A DNA stretch of 64,000 nucleotides from Acidobacteriota bacterium (GTDB lineage Bacteria; Acidobacteriota; UBA890; WLXD01). The notes under the pieces were generated by a model. The model did not search any database, was not told the origin of the DNA, and was given only the letters and a program-made list of their open reading frames with translations. The position numbers and the translations under genes are program-made. This document shows, piece by piece, positions 9,708 through 21,300 of the stretch (position 1 is the first letter of the stretch; each line of letters starts with the position of its first letter). Location of the stretch: NCBI GenBank assembly GCA_963666055.2, contig CAXWPH010000012.1, forward strand, positions 160,001-224,000, written 5' to 3'.

Positions 9708-11471
9708 CTAACGGGGCGGCGACTGATCGGCGGGCGGGTCAGGGAGCGCCAACGGCACCTGCCGGACAGGTGCCGAGCGCGAGCGCATCATCGGCCCGCC
9801 GGTACCGGCATCTTCGATCTGGATACCGAATTGCTGCAGCAATGTTCCCTTGTTGAGCTCCAGGTTGGCCAGCGACAGATTGAGGCCGATCAGCGACACC
9901 AATTGCCGCGTCCGTGCCAGCGTCAGCTGGCGCTGGAAGTTGAGCACCTGGAAGGTGGAGGTAATTCCCGCTTCGAAGCGCCGTAGCTCTGCAGCGTATT
10001 GGCGCTCCGCCAAGGCCAACGCGTTCTGCGCCGCATTCACCTGCTGAACGCCCCCGGTCACGTTCCTGGCCGCCTGCTGGACGGCCAGGCGGATCTGAAC
10101 CTGCCGGTCCTGGAGCTGCGTCACCGCCTGCGTCTCACGAATAGACGCTTGAGCATGCTGAGCGCGCGCTGCGTCGTTGCGCACCGGAAACGACACCTGC
10201 AGCCCGACCGACCAGTTGCGAAAGTCACCTGACAGCAACTGCCTCAGCGAGTTGGACAGTCCGCCCTCCTGAACTTCAACCACGCTGCCGCTCCCGAAAA
10301 TGCCGCCGGAGCGAAAGATCTGATCGCCACCCAACCCGCTGAGAGTGCCGCTGGCGATGAGGTCAAGCTGTGGTAATATACCGTTGCGCGCCGCCCTGAG
10401 GTCGATTTTTCTGCTCTCGACGTTCACCCGGTCGAGCCGGATGAGCGGGCTCTTCTGCAGCGCCTCCGCGACTGCTAGTTCCATGTCGATCTCGGGTGCG
10501 TTCCTAGCCGGCTCGTCGGTGGGAACGATCTCTACACTCCACCCCTCGGCCACCACCGAGTCGAGGTTGAGCAGAGACTTCACCTGATCCTGTTGGTTCT
10601 GCAGCGCGATCTGCGATTGGATCAACGTGAGCTCGGCGTCTGCCGCTTGTTGCTCCGTCTGAATCACGTCGACCCCGGCCAGCGTACCGATGCGCACCAT
10701 CGTGTTGTTGCGGTCGAGTTGCTCCAGCGCCAGCGCGAGGCTCTGCTCGGCGATGTCGACGAAACGGTACGCCGACACCAGATTCCAGTAGGCGACGATC
10801 ACCTGCGCGATCTGTTGCTGTAGCTGCTGGCCGAATTGGTGGCGACTTACCGAAAAGTCGTTCTGTGCCACGAGTAGCTGTTGTCGGTTCGCTGTGCGGC
10901 CGAAGTTACGCAGCAGCGGCTGCCGCACGGACAGCGTCATGCTCGTGGTGTATTGCGGGTTGAAGGTCGAAAATTCGTTGTTGGTGACCAGCCGCGATGC
11001 GCTACCCGAGACCGACCACCCGAAACCGAACGAGGTGTTCGACGACACGCTGAACCCAGCTACGATCGATTCTTGCGTGAGCACATCGGCCCCGCCAAGA
11101 ACGGAGGCTGTCGGCTGGGTCGATCGGTTGAACTGCTGGGGCAGATTGAACACGAACACGGGGTCAAACCTCGACCGCGCGAAACGTATCTGCTCTTCGG
11201 TCAGGTCCGGGTTGAGTGACGAGATGCGCACCTGGAGATTGTGGCGCAGTGCCAGCTCAACCACCTGGCGCAGCGACAGCTCCAGGACTTGTGCCTCCTC
11301 CTGTTCCAGCATCAGCGCAAGCGATTCGTTCGACACCGGATGGAGTGGGATGTCGGCCGACAGCACGGCCGTCGGAGTCACCGATTGGGGGGCGGCGGCG
11401 GCAATTGCGGGCACCAGAAGAAACAGGGAGCCCAGGATCGTCGCGAAGTGGCGATTCGAGTTCATGGACAT
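9708..11471 (-). CDS. TolC family outer-membrane efflux protein
   Basis: Signal peptide, LSLRQVVELALRHN, QPLLRNFG, AYWNLV, coiled-coil repeats; start estimated at MSMNSN. Confidence 0.88.
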   Translation of the reverse strand: MSMNSNRHFATILGSLFLLVPAIAAAAPQSVTPTAVLSADIPLHPVSNESLALMLEQEEAQVLELSLRQVVELALRHNLQVRISSLNPDLTEEQIRFARSRFDPVFVFNLPQQFNRSTQPTASVLGGADVLTQESIVAGFSVSSNTSFGFGWSVSGSASRLVTNNEFSTFNPQYTTSMTLSVRQPLLRNFGRTANRQQLLVAQNDFSVSRHQFGQQLQQQIAQVIVAYWNLVSAYRFVDIAEQSLALALEQLDRNNTMVRIGTLAGVDVIQTEQQAADAELTLIQSQIALQNQQDQVKSLLNLDSVVAEGWSVEIVPTDEPARNAPEIDMELAVAEALQKSPLIRLDRVNVESRKIDLRAARNGILPQLDLIASGTLSGLGGDQIFRSGGIFGSGSVVEVQEGGLSNSLRQLLSGDFRNWSVGLQVSFPVRNDAARAQHAQASIRETQAVTQLQDRQVQIRLAVQQAARNVTGGVQQVNAAQNALALAERQYAAELRRFEAGITSTFQVLNFQRQLTLARTRQLVSLIGLNLSLANLELNKGTLLQQFGIQIEDAGTGGPMMRSRSAPVRQVPLALPDPPADQSPPR

Positions 11472-11536
11472 TATCGGCTCCAGCGAGGGGTCGTTCAGTT
11501 CGTCAGGTGGTGGATGTAACCGTGCGGAACTAGAGC

Positions 11537-11552
11537 AGCAAGCCCTGTGCCA
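11537..11552 (-). promoter_or_regulatory. sigma54 (-24/-12) promoter for the TolC gene
   Basis: Minus strand TGGCACAGGGCTTGCT matches TGGCAC-N5-TTGC(A/T), ~65 bp upstream of start. Confidence 0.7.
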
Positions 11553-11669
11553 GCTTGTCGGTGTCAAACTCCCCTGGCGGCCCGTGGTTGTGCGGCGGTT
11601 GGCATGGGCCGTCGATCAAGTGTCCGCTTATGGGACGGCGCGTGCCAAAAGAGCGCACGTCACTCGGCG

Positions 11670-12605
11670 TCAATCGGCGCTGCAGTCCTCCAGCTTCGCA
11701 TCGACACCGACTCGCAGGCCACTCTCCAGCGTGGCCACTCCCCGGGCCATTCGTGGTGTATTGAAGACCGCTGCAGCCGACCCAGTATGATCCACGACGA
11801 TGAGCCCGCCCCGACCATCGACGCGTTCCAGGTCGGCAAGGGCAGCGCGGCCAGCGGCCGCCGCATCGTATCCCCATGCCAGGGAGCTAACCGCCGCCTT
11901 CGCCATCACGACGCGCAGAATCCCCTCTCCCCATCCGGTGGAAGAGGCGCCACCATGGCGTGAGTCAGCGTACGTTCCGGCGCCAATGAGCGCCGAATCC
12001 CCTACCCTCCCCGGGTACTTGTCGAGCGTGCCGCCGGTCGAAGTGGCGGCGGCGATCAGGCCATCACGATCTCGGGAGACCGCGCCCACGGTGCCCATAT
12101 GATCATCGGGGCCAGGCGCGAACTCCTCGTCAACCAGCGCAGTCTCACCGGCGCGTACTCGCAAATACTGCTCCCGTGCTCGTCCTACGAGCAGATCGCG
12201 CGCACCACACAGCGGCACACCGTGTTCCTCGGCAAAGCGGCGAGCACCGGATCCTACGAGCAACACATGCGGCGAGCTGTCCATCACGCGACGCGCCAGC
12301 GTGACCGGGTTGCGCACCCCCTGCACCGCCGCGACCGCTCCGGCGTCAAGGCCATCGCCCTCCATGATTGACGCGTCGAGCTCAACACGGCCCAACCGAT
12401 TGAGATGCGATCCCTTGCCCGCATTGAACGCCGGATCGTTTTCGAGCAGGCGAACCGCATGCTCGACGACATCCACCGATCCGGCTCCCGCGCGCAGCAT
12501 CCTCCAAGCGTCGCGCAACGCCTCGGCGACGCCGACCAGGTGCTGATGGACAGCGCCGTCAGGAACGTTCCAGGCACCGCCGTGCACCGCGAGCGCAATG
12601 GTCAC
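11670..12605 (-). CDS. iaaA: isoaspartyl peptidase / L-asparaginase (Ntn hydrolase)
   Basis: HGGA, FNAGKGS, ELDASIM, GTVGAV (Thr nucleophile), ATSTGG, GRVGDS. Confidence 0.92.
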   Translation of the reverse strand: MTIALAVHGGAWNVPDGAVHQHLVGVAEALRDAWRMLRAGAGSVDVVEHAVRLLENDPAFNAGKGSHLNRLGRVELDASIMEGDGLDAGAVAAVQGVRNPVTLARRVMDSSPHVLLVGSGARRFAEEHGVPLCGARDLLVGRAREQYLRVRAGETALVDEEFAPGPDDHMGTVGAVSRDRDGLIAAATSTGGTLDKYPGRVGDSALIGAGTYADSRHGGASSTGWGEGILRVVMAKAAVSSLAWGYDAAAAGRAALADLERVDGRGGLIVVDHTGSAAAVFNTPRMARGVATLESGLRVGVDAKLEDCSAD

Positions 12606-12813
12606 ACTAGTGGCCGGTGATACGTAACGAATATCTGGATACAGGCACTAGAGTCCGGGGTCGCAGGTAAGCTGCTTGCAACGGTCGCCCTTCGTGGCAC
12701 TGCTTGCGGTGGCCGGGCGGCTGTTCGCAAACTGTGGCAGCGGTCGGTCCCGCTGGCAAGCGCACCCCTGCAGCCGCCCTGTCGCTTCCATTCAACGACG
12801 GAGATCTGAGCCG

Positions 12814-13289
12814 ATGGAGATCGCAGAGCGTCTCGACGACATCGAGCACCGCCTACGGCAACGGAGCGCAGGGAGCGGCGGTGGCGACTCGCCTCCGCAG
12901 GACTGATCATCGGGGTCGGCGTGATCGTCGTCAGCGGACAGGCTCAGCGCGGTGGAATCATCGAGGCGAAGACCTTCGTCGTCCGCGACGCCAACGGGCT
13001 CGGCCGCGCGCAACTGGGCATGACCGAGAATGAACCCGCCCTCACCCTCTACGATGACAGCGGGCGCCTTCGGGTTGCCGTTGCCGTCGAGTCCGACGGG
13101 CCGATTCTCAGCTTCTTCAGCAGCTCCGGCAACCCACGCGCCGTGATCGGAGAGCGCGGCAAAACAGCGTTCGTGATTCTCCGTGACGCGGAAGGCGCAC
13201 CACGCGTGGCGATGGCGATTCAGGGCGACGGATCGCCGAGTTTGTACCTGCTCGATGAAAAGATGACGCCGCTGTGGAAACAGCCATGA
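12814..13289 (+). CDS. membrane-anchored beta-repeat hypothetical protein, frameshifted near 12857
   Basis: MEIAERLDDIEHRL continues in another frame as ATERRERRWRLASAGLIIGVGVIVVSGQAQ...; one base missing at ctacggca. Confidence 0.7.
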
Positions 13290-13349
13290 CGCCAGCCCGC
13301 AGCCGCACTCACGTTGCGGTTCCCGGCAACCACCGACTGTCCCGCGACA

Positions 13350-15020
13350 TCAGAACAGGCCTTCGACGCCCCCCTCAGGTGTGACGCGCATGCGGTTCGC
13401 GGCCGGCACCCTCGGGAGCCCTGGCATGGTCATCACGTTGCCGAGATGGGCAACGACAAAACCGGCTCCGGCCGACGGCGTAACGTCTTGCACGCTTACG
13501 GTAAAGCCCGTCGGTCGACCGAGCCGGCTCGCGTCATCGGTCAACGAGGCCGGCGTCTTGGCCATGCACACCGGCGTGTGTCCGAGGCCGTTGGCCTCTA
13601 GAAAGTCGATCGACTTGCGCGCCTTCGAGCTCAGCTCGACGCGCGCTGCGCCGTAGACGCTCGTAGCGATCGTCTCGATCTTGTCGGCAATCGAAAGGTC
13701 CGTCTCGTAAGCGTGTTTGAAGTCAGCCTCCCCGCTATCGAGCGCTGCCACGACCTTGTGGGCAAACGACTCGCCACCCTCACCACCGCGGGAATGGATC
13801 TCCAACGTATCGGCACAGACGCCGGTCGCGGCGCAATGCTCCAGAACGGCGTCGACCTCCGCGTCGGTATCGGTCGCGAAGCGATTGATCGCAACGAGGG
13901 GCGGCAGACCGTGTTGGCGCACGTTGGCAACGTGTGCGTCCAAGTTCGCGGTCCCCGCCACGACGGCGGCGATATTCTCGGTGGTCAGCGCTTTCGCCGC
14001 CGCACCTCCATGCAGCTTCAGCGCCCTAATTGTGGTTACCAGGACAGCTGCCTGCGGACTGATGCCACCCAGACGACACTTGATGTTGCAGAATTTCTCG
14101 AAGCCGAGGTCCGATCCGAACCCCGCCTCGGTGATCACCACGTCGGCCAGCGACATGGCCGCGCGCGTTGCAACCAGCGTGTTGCAACCGTGGGCGATGT
14201 TGGCAAACGGGCCGCCGTGCACGAAAGCCGGGCCACCCTCGATAGTCTGCACCAGGTTCGGTCTGATGGCATCCCGGAGCAGCATGGTCATGGCGCCGGT
14301 AACCTCGAAGTCGCGCGCCAAGACCGGGCGGCCCTCGCGGTCCGCACCGATGATGATTCGAGCGAGACGCACCTCGAGATCGTCTATACCCGTCGCCAGG
14401 CAGAACGTCGCCATCACCTCACTGGCGGCGGTGATCACGAATCCGTCCTCACGAGGCACGCCGCTCATCGGACCGCCGAGTCCGATGACGATTCGGCGCA
14501 AGGCACGATCGTTCATGTCGATGCATCGCCGCCACGTGATACGCCGCGGATCGATTCCGAGCTTGTTTCCCTGGTGTATGTGGTTGTCTATCGCCGCCGC
14601 CAGCAGGCTGTTGGCCGATGTAATGGCATGCAAGTCGCCGGTAAAATGGAGGTTGATGTCCTCCATCGGTAGAACCTGCGAGTAGCCGCCACCCGCGGCA
14701 CCACCCTTGATCCCGAACACTGGCCCCAGGCTCGGTTCACGGATAGCCGTCGCGACCTTCTGCCCAATGCGCCGTAGCGCCTGAGACAGTCCAACGCTGA
14801 CCGTCGTCTTGCCCTCGCCCGCGGCGGTCGGTGTTGTCGCGGTAACGATCACCAACTTCGACCTAGGCTCAAGGCGCTCGAGGGTGGCCCGACGTAGCTT
14901 GGCCTTGTCAGATCCGTACAGATCGAGGTCATCGGGCTCTAGCCCGAGCTCGGCTGCCACATCGGTGATAGGGCGCAGGGCGGCCGAGCTAGCGATCTCG
15001 AAGTCGGCAGGGAAGCTCAT
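13350..15020 (-). CDS. fhs: formate--tetrahydrofolate ligase
   Basis: TPTAAGEGKTT, EPSLGPVFGIKGGAAGGGYSQV, HGGPFANIAHG, TEAGFG, MTMPGLP. Confidence 0.98.
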   Translation of the reverse strand: MSFPADFEIASSAALRPITDVAAELGLEPDDLDLYGSDKAKLRRATLERLEPRSKLVIVTATTPTAAGEGKTTVSVGLSQALRRIGQKVATAIREPSLGPVFGIKGGAAGGGYSQVLPMEDINLHFTGDLHAITSANSLLAAAIDNHIHQGNKLGIDPRRITWRRCIDMNDRALRRIVIGLGGPMSGVPREDGFVITAASEVMATFCLATGIDDLEVRLARIIIGADREGRPVLARDFEVTGAMTMLLRDAIRPNLVQTIEGGPAFVHGGPFANIAHGCNTLVATRAAMSLADVVITEAGFGSDLGFEKFCNIKCRLGGISPQAAVLVTTIRALKLHGGAAAKALTTENIAAVVAGTANLDAHVANVRQHGLPPLVAINRFATDTDAEVDAVLEHCAATGVCADTLEIHSRGGEGGESFAHKVVAALDSGEADFKHAYETDLSIADKIETIATSVYGAARVELSSKARKSIDFLEANGLGHTPVCMAKTPASLTDDASRLGRPTGFTVSVQDVTPSAGAGFVVAHLGNVMTMPGLPRVPAANRMRVTPEGGVEGLF

Positions 15021-15088
15021 AGGTAGGTCCTGTCAGGTTCACGTTTCGTTGTCGGCGGCTGGGGAGCCGACCTATTTTAGGGAAGCTC

Positions 15089-15335
15089 ATGGCGCGGCGT
15101 ACTCCATCGGTATTGCCTGCCGCACCAGAGCACACCAGGCGCCCCGGCCGCGGGCTTTCGTCGCTACGTCCACATCGAGTCGATGAGCGCCGAACAGTAC
15201 ATCCGTCGTGTCTCGGCCGGCGAGTTATTCGATCCAACGCTGACATTCCAGATCGCCCATGGCTTCCAGCCGCGGGTGGCCATCCCCGACTACATGGGTG
15301 ACGACGCGGTCGGCAACAGGGCAGTGCCGGAGCCG
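15089..15335 (+). pseudogene. C-terminal remnant of GNAT-family acetyltransferase
   Basis: MSAEQYIRRVSAGELFDPTLTFQIAHGFQ...IPDY resembles the GNAT domain found in GNAT/C-N hydrolase fusions; no N-terminal part. Confidence 0.6.
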
Positions 15336-15347
15336 GATGAGTTTGGC

Positions 15348-17054
15348 TCAAGCTCCCGCGAGCAGCCGACTGCTGATCTCCGCGCGGCGGGTCTTGCCGC
15401 TCGAGGTGGCGGGGAGCGCGCTCACGAACTCGAGCCTCCGAGGGCGTGCATGTGCCGCCAGCCGAGTGGCGACGAAGTCTTGCAGCTCGGCGGCGAGCGC
15501 ATCGCTGGGCTCGAAACCAGGATTGAGTCGCACACACGCGGCCACGATCTCACCTCGGTCGAGATCCGGTAGGCCCACGACGCCCGCCTCCATGACAGCG
15601 TCGTGAGCCAGTAGCGCTCCCTCCACCTCTTCTGGTCCGATGCGATAGCCGCTCGCCGTGATCATGTCGTCGAGACGACCCGCAAAGTACAGGAAGCCAT
15701 CGGCGTCGACGCGGCCCGCATCGCCAGTACGAATCCAGCCGTCGCCAAACTTCGCTGCGCTTTGTTCGGGCCGATTCCAGTACTCGAGCATGACGACAGG
15801 GTCGTCACGGTGCACGGCGATCTCGCCCGAGGTGCCCGGTTCCACCTCCTGGCCATGCTCGTCCACGATTCGGGCTCGACGTCCCGCAACGACCTTGCCA
15901 ATGGCACCTTTCGGCGTTTCGAAGAGGGCACTGCACCCGGTGGCGATGTGGTTGACTTCGGTCTGACCGTAGATGTCGTTGACGGTGGTGCCGAGGGCCC
16001 GATGGGTCCACTCGAGAACCTCTGGCGGAGAAACCTCGCCGCCGGTCATCACGGCTCGGAGCGCGAACTGCACGTCAGGCGCGGGGGGCTCCGCCCGCAT
16101 GCGGCGCAGGGCTGCAGGCGCAAGAAACGGACAGGTGACGGTGTGCGCCGACAGGATCCGATACGCACCCCGGATGGAGAAGCGCTCGGCGCTCGCAACG
16201 ACAGGGCAGCCGAAATACAGCGCCGGAAGCACCAACTCGGCCAGCGATGCCACCCACGACCATACCGACGGAGTCCAGAAGACGTCTGCCTGGCGGGGCG
16301 CAAGGTCGAACACCATCTGGAAGCCTGGCAGATGGCCGATGAGCACGCGGTGGGCGTGCAGCACGCCCGCCGCGGGTCCGGTTGTGCCCGAGGTGTAGAA
16401 GAGGATCGCTGGGTCGTCGGCCCGACTATCCGCACACCGAGCCCCGATGGGATCGTCAAGTGCCGTTTTGAGCTCGTCGAGCGGAAAGACACCGGGTATC
16501 GTGGCGATCGGGGTTGGATCGACGGCGGGCGGGATACCCACAGCGCTGGTGGCAACGACGACATGGTCGAGCGCCGGCAGCCGTTGCCGTCGGCTGGTCG
16601 CCCCTGACGGGTGGAGCTTCGCTACGCCGACCAGGTCGGTAACCAGCAGGCGCGCCCCACAGTCGTTGAGTCGATAGGCCAGTCCCTCGGTGCCATAGAG
16701 CGATGCGATCGGTACCGAGATGGCGCCGATCTTGAAGCACGCCAGGTGCACCGCCAAGGCGTCGGCGCCCTGCTCCAGGGTGATCGCGACCCGGTCGCCG
16801 GTTCCGACGCCGCGACCCCGCAACCCTGCCGCCACGCGGTTCGACCGAGCCTCGAGCTCTCCGAAGCTGACGATCCGGTGCCCGTTCACGGGATCGTCTT
16901 CGATCACCGCCGGCGAATCCGGGATCGACCGAGCGTGGCGTGTGCATACCGCCTCGGCGATGTTGAAGCGCTCCGGGATACACCAGCCGAACTCGTCTTC
17001 GAGCGTTTCGTACGACGGAGTATCCGTGCGTATGACCATGGGGGACTCGGCCAT
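15348..17054 (-). CDS. acyl-CoA synthetase (AMP-binding)
   Basis: FNIAEAVC, YTSGTTG, YGQTE, TGDAG, SGYRIGPEEVE; start at MAESP (ORF-track 5' extension overlaps neighbour). Confidence 0.93.
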   Translation of the reverse strand: MAESPMVIRTDTPSYETLEDEFGWCIPERFNIAEAVCTRHARSIPDSPAVIEDDPVNGHRIVSFGELEARSNRVAAGLRGRGVGTGDRVAITLEQGADALAVHLACFKIGAISVPIASLYGTEGLAYRLNDCGARLLVTDLVGVAKLHPSGATSRRQRLPALDHVVVATSAVGIPPAVDPTPIATIPGVFPLDELKTALDDPIGARCADSRADDPAILFYTSGTTGPAAGVLHAHRVLIGHLPGFQMVFDLAPRQADVFWTPSVWSWVASLAELVLPALYFGCPVVASAERFSIRGAYRILSAHTVTCPFLAPAALRRMRAEPPAPDVQFALRAVMTGGEVSPPEVLEWTHRALGTTVNDIYGQTEVNHIATGCSALFETPKGAIGKVVAGRRARIVDEHGQEVEPGTSGEIAVHRDDPVVMLEYWNRPEQSAAKFGDGWIRTGDAGRVDADGFLYFAGRLDDMITASGYRIGPEEVEGALLAHDAVMEAGVVGLPDLDRGEIVAACVRLNPGFEPSDALAAELQDFVATRLAAHARPRRLEFVSALPATSSGKTRRAEISSRLLAGA

Positions 17055-17082
17055 CGGCTCTCCGGGGTGGTGTCGCGTCAAT

Positions 17083-18312
17083 CTACTGTCCGATGATTCG
17101 GACCGTCCCAGTCGCTGGCAGGTCGGCGGCGGACTGCTGCAGGGAAAGAAGCTGCGCGGCAAGCGCCAGCGACTGCATCGCCCGCCCGCCGCTGCATTCG
17201 CCCGTGCCGTTGGGCACAGAGTACCGCTGACCCTCGTAGTTGACCGCGATAATCGCGTTGCCGCACTCGGACGCCAGCGTGACCACGAACAGCCGCCGCT
17301 CCGCCGCGTTCTGGTTCGGCGACCGCGCAATGATGTGCACCTGCCTGCCGCGCCGCATGATTTCGCCCAGGTAGAACAAGACTGATTGCGGCGAGCGCAG
17401 CACCACCCTGCCTTTGAGCTCGTCGCGGTCTTGCTCGGACGCGGCCCGGAACGCCGCTTTAGAGTCGTACAAGTGGAGCAACGATGTCCCATCTTGGCCC
17501 GGCGAGCTGACGTTACCGCTGCACACGGACGCCCCTGGTACGACTAGGCGGAGTGTTTCCGATGGGCGCTCCAATCGCCAACTGCCGTCGGCGTTTTCCT
17601 GCAGTCGAAGCGGCCTCCCGGCAACCTGAATCAGCGTTCCCAGTCGCGCCACCTCGGCAGGTGCGACCGGCGGCCCGATCTGGATGGTCTGGTGCGGATC
17701 GAGCTCCCATTGCCCGCCTCGATAGATGGCCCCCACCAGCTCCTGGAAGTCGTCCCACGACGGCACCCCTACCTCGTTGATGAGCTCCATCGAACGAACC
17801 TCGCCGGCGTTGCGGCATTCCAGCTCGATGCGCTCGACTGCAAGAAAGAACAACACGTCGCGGGAGAATCCCTGGTCCCAGAAATACTCGACAAGCTCGA
17901 ACGTCAGCGGCGTCATGATGCCTCGGGTGAACGACTGCGAGTCGAGAACCGCAACGTCGAAGCTGGGCGCGTCGACGACGCTCAGGTCGACCCCCATGCC
18001 GATGCTATCGGAGGCGCCACTACGTGCCGTCCCCGAGGCGCCGATTCCAGCGCTCTGGCGAATGCTACCGGTAATGCGCGTCAGACCCGTGAAGACCATC
18101 GGCTTGCGGTCGCGCGCCCGCAAAACGTTGAGCAACAGCATCTCGTTGCGCGCCTGCTCCGCGGCGACGTTGTAATTCACCGCCCGGCTGGAGATCTACT
18201 GGCTACGAACGACACAACCTGACGTCGCCATCGGCAGCAAGCAGACGACGACCGCTAGGGCGCGCGCACGAACGGGTGAAGGACAGCGCCGGGGAAATAC
18301 GATCGGTGTCAT
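17083..18312 (-). pseudogene. hypothetical lipoprotein interrupted by an in-frame TAG at 18196-18198
   Basis: GGAG RBS + ATG 18312, MTPIVF...ALAVVVCLLPMATSGC-VVRSQ*ISSRAVNYNVAAEQARNEMLLLN in a single frame. Confidence 0.7.
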
Positions 18313-18362
18313 AGCGGCTCCATCGATGCGCCCTTCGGTATCTTGCACCGGCTGGACGCGGC

Positions 18363-21300
18363 TCACTTCTTGAGATACTTGAGCAGAACGCGAATCACGC
18401 CAATCGATACCTCTGGCCGCTCACGCATGAGCTGCCAGAACGGATCACGATCGATGCGCAGCGCCAGGACATCGCTCAACGCGACGCAAGTAGCGGCGCG
18501 TGGCTCGGCGGTGAGAATCGCCAACTCTCCGAGGACATCACGGGTCCGCAGTACGGTGTCGATTCGACTCCCGTCGATCTCGACTGCCACCTCGCCCTCG
18601 ATGAGGTTGTAGAGACAATCGCCCTCATCGCCCTGTCGGAGGATCTCCTCTCCCTCGCGGAAGGCCGCCTCGCCGACGATCGGCAGCAGCCCGGAGATCT
18701 CCTCGGCGGGGATCTGCCTGAACATCGGAATCTGCTTGAGAAAGAGAATCTTCTCCAGCGGAGCGAGGGCCATGCCCGATTTCTCCTTGATGAGCGCCGT
18801 CGAATCGCGATCCGATTCTGCCCCGCCTGACCGGTCACCGGTACCGTCCGCGGCTACCAACCGACCCAGCTGCAACAAAGTGTAAGCGGCGGTGTAGCGA
18901 ACGTGGGAATCATCGTTCTCGAGTGCCACCTGAACCTGCTCGGTCAACTGCGTCGCACCGGTGAGCCCGATGGCGTGAAGCGCACAAGCCTGGACCCATG
19001 AATCGGGCGCCTCGACCAGGTCTCGGAGACGATCGACCGTCGACACCGAGCCCAGCCGCAGCCGGCGGCGTGCTGCCTCTGCGCGGCGACGATCCGGACC
19101 GCCGAGGTATGGAATGAGCAGCTCCCTATGGGTGGTGACGACGTTGTCGATCAACTCGACCGCGTTGGCCTGCAGACGGCTATCCGTACTATCCAGAGCC
19201 TTCGAGAGCGAGCCAAACGACAGGTCGGAGTGCTGCAGACAGATCAACGCCAGTATTCGTCCGCGGTCGCCATCGACACGCGCGGCAAGCGCTTCGACCA
19301 GCAGTGGCATCTCGTCGGCGTTGGAGCGCAGATCGCGCCAGCACAGCCAGCGGTCGTAGGCGACGCGCAGCTCATCGCCGAGCTTGCGGCGCAGGTGGTC
19401 TTTGGCTAGCTCGGGCCTCTCGGCAGCATCCAACCGACACAGCGTCGCGTATGCGGTGCCCCGGACACCATCGTCGAGCTCGTGGATGAGCTCAACGAGA
19501 ACCTCGCCGCCTACTGCACCGGCCTGCCTGAGCGCCCCTACAAGTTGTTGGCGCACCGGTGCCGGCAGCCCGCGCTCCATCACGAGCTCACGCAACAGCG
19601 CCGGATCTTCACGGCTACAGGCCACCAGCGCGCGTGCGGTCTCCGCCTGCGTGCTGGCATCGTCCACGTTGCTGAGCAACCCGGGAACGAGCTCGGGCGC
19701 CCGTACCGTAAGCGACGCGCAGATTGCCTCCAATCGCACGCGCCTGTCGTCATCCTCGAGCATCTCGAGCAGCGGCGCGTAGAAACCGCCGACCCCCAGC
19801 TCACCGAGCAACCGGGCGCCCTGGCTCCGCTGCTGCGCGTCATCGCTTTCGAGCAAGCTGTGCAGCTGTCGCCCGGCGTGCAGCACACCCTCGAGCCCGC
19901 CAAACCGGATCAGCGCGACGATGGCGGTATCGCGAAGCCGTGGATCGAGCTCTTCGTCGGGGTCCGTTCCATCGTCTGATGCGCTGGCAAGACAGGGAAT
20001 CACCTGACGAACGCCCCGCGGGCCGCAGAGCTGACAGTAGGCCTCGATCGCCGCCCGGCGAACGTCGATGTCTCCCTTCCCCATCAGCTGCCGGATCGGC
20101 TCGACCTGATCCGTGGCAGAGCTCTCGGCGAGGTAGCGTAGCGCCATGACGCGCACGTTGGCGTCGTCGTGCTCCAGCAACGGCGCGACCCGGTCGGTCC
20201 AGTCAACGGTGCGGGCCTCGCGGATCAGACCGAGGGTGTGGATAACGCGCATGGCGTCGGGATGCTGCAGCGCCTCCGCGAGAACGCGGATACTGGTCTC
20301 GTCGGCCAGGTCGATCGCCTCGGCACCCAGGTCGAGGCGGCGCAACGCGATGCTGCGGCCGAGCGTGGTGACGTAGCGCCGTGAGGCGACGAACAACAAC
20401 CACACCCAGAGTGCCGACAGCAGCAGCAGCAACGGCGCCCAGGTGGTCGCCGACAAGCCCTCGAACCTGCCCATGACGAAGAACGCGACGCCCATCAAAG
20501 CCACGAGCGGCGGCTTGATCACACCGTCGATGACCGCCTTCGCCTTGGCACGCAAGGTGGGCGACAGCGGCAGGTACAGCAGGTTGAAGACCGAGTCGTT
20601 CACCGTGTACTTGAGCGAGATGTCCGCGGCCCGTGGAATCGCCACGGCCCACAACGCACCGCCGGTGATCAGAATCGACAGGCCGCCGAGAGCGATCGTG
20701 CCGGGCAACAGCAAGAGTGCCGGCAGAATGCCGAATCGCTCCATCAGAAAGCCGGCTACCAAGAACTGCAGCACCGCTGCCACCACGCCGGCCCAGAGCC
20801 GGAACACCGCGAGGAAGCGCACCATTCCCTGTCCGTCGTCGCCAAAAGTGTCCTTTAGCGCCAGGTCGAGCTGGAAGTCGGCAACGCTGCTGACCAGCGC
20901 GATGACCACGACGATGGCTCCAATTGTGACCATCAGCCTGGACCGCAAGACCTCCCGCAGGTCTCGTGCAAGCGTTCCGCGCGTTGCCGGCGCCGATGCT
21001 ACCGCCGAGCTCCGCTGCGAGCTGGGCTCCGGCTCGAGGCGAGCGCCGCTCAAGCGCCCCACGATGAACATCGACCCCGCGAGGCTCCCGATCACCACGA
21101 AAAGCAGATCCTCGGGGCGCACGGTGTCGGCAAGCTCGCTGAGGAAGGCGCCGAACGCAATATTCGACAGTGCGCTGCCGCCCGAGATGATGCCGAACAG
21201 CCGCCTCGCCTGCCGCGGGTGGAACAAGTCGCCAGCGAACGTCCAGAACTGGATCATGACGACGTTGCCGAGGATGTCGAAGAACACGAACACCGCCAGC

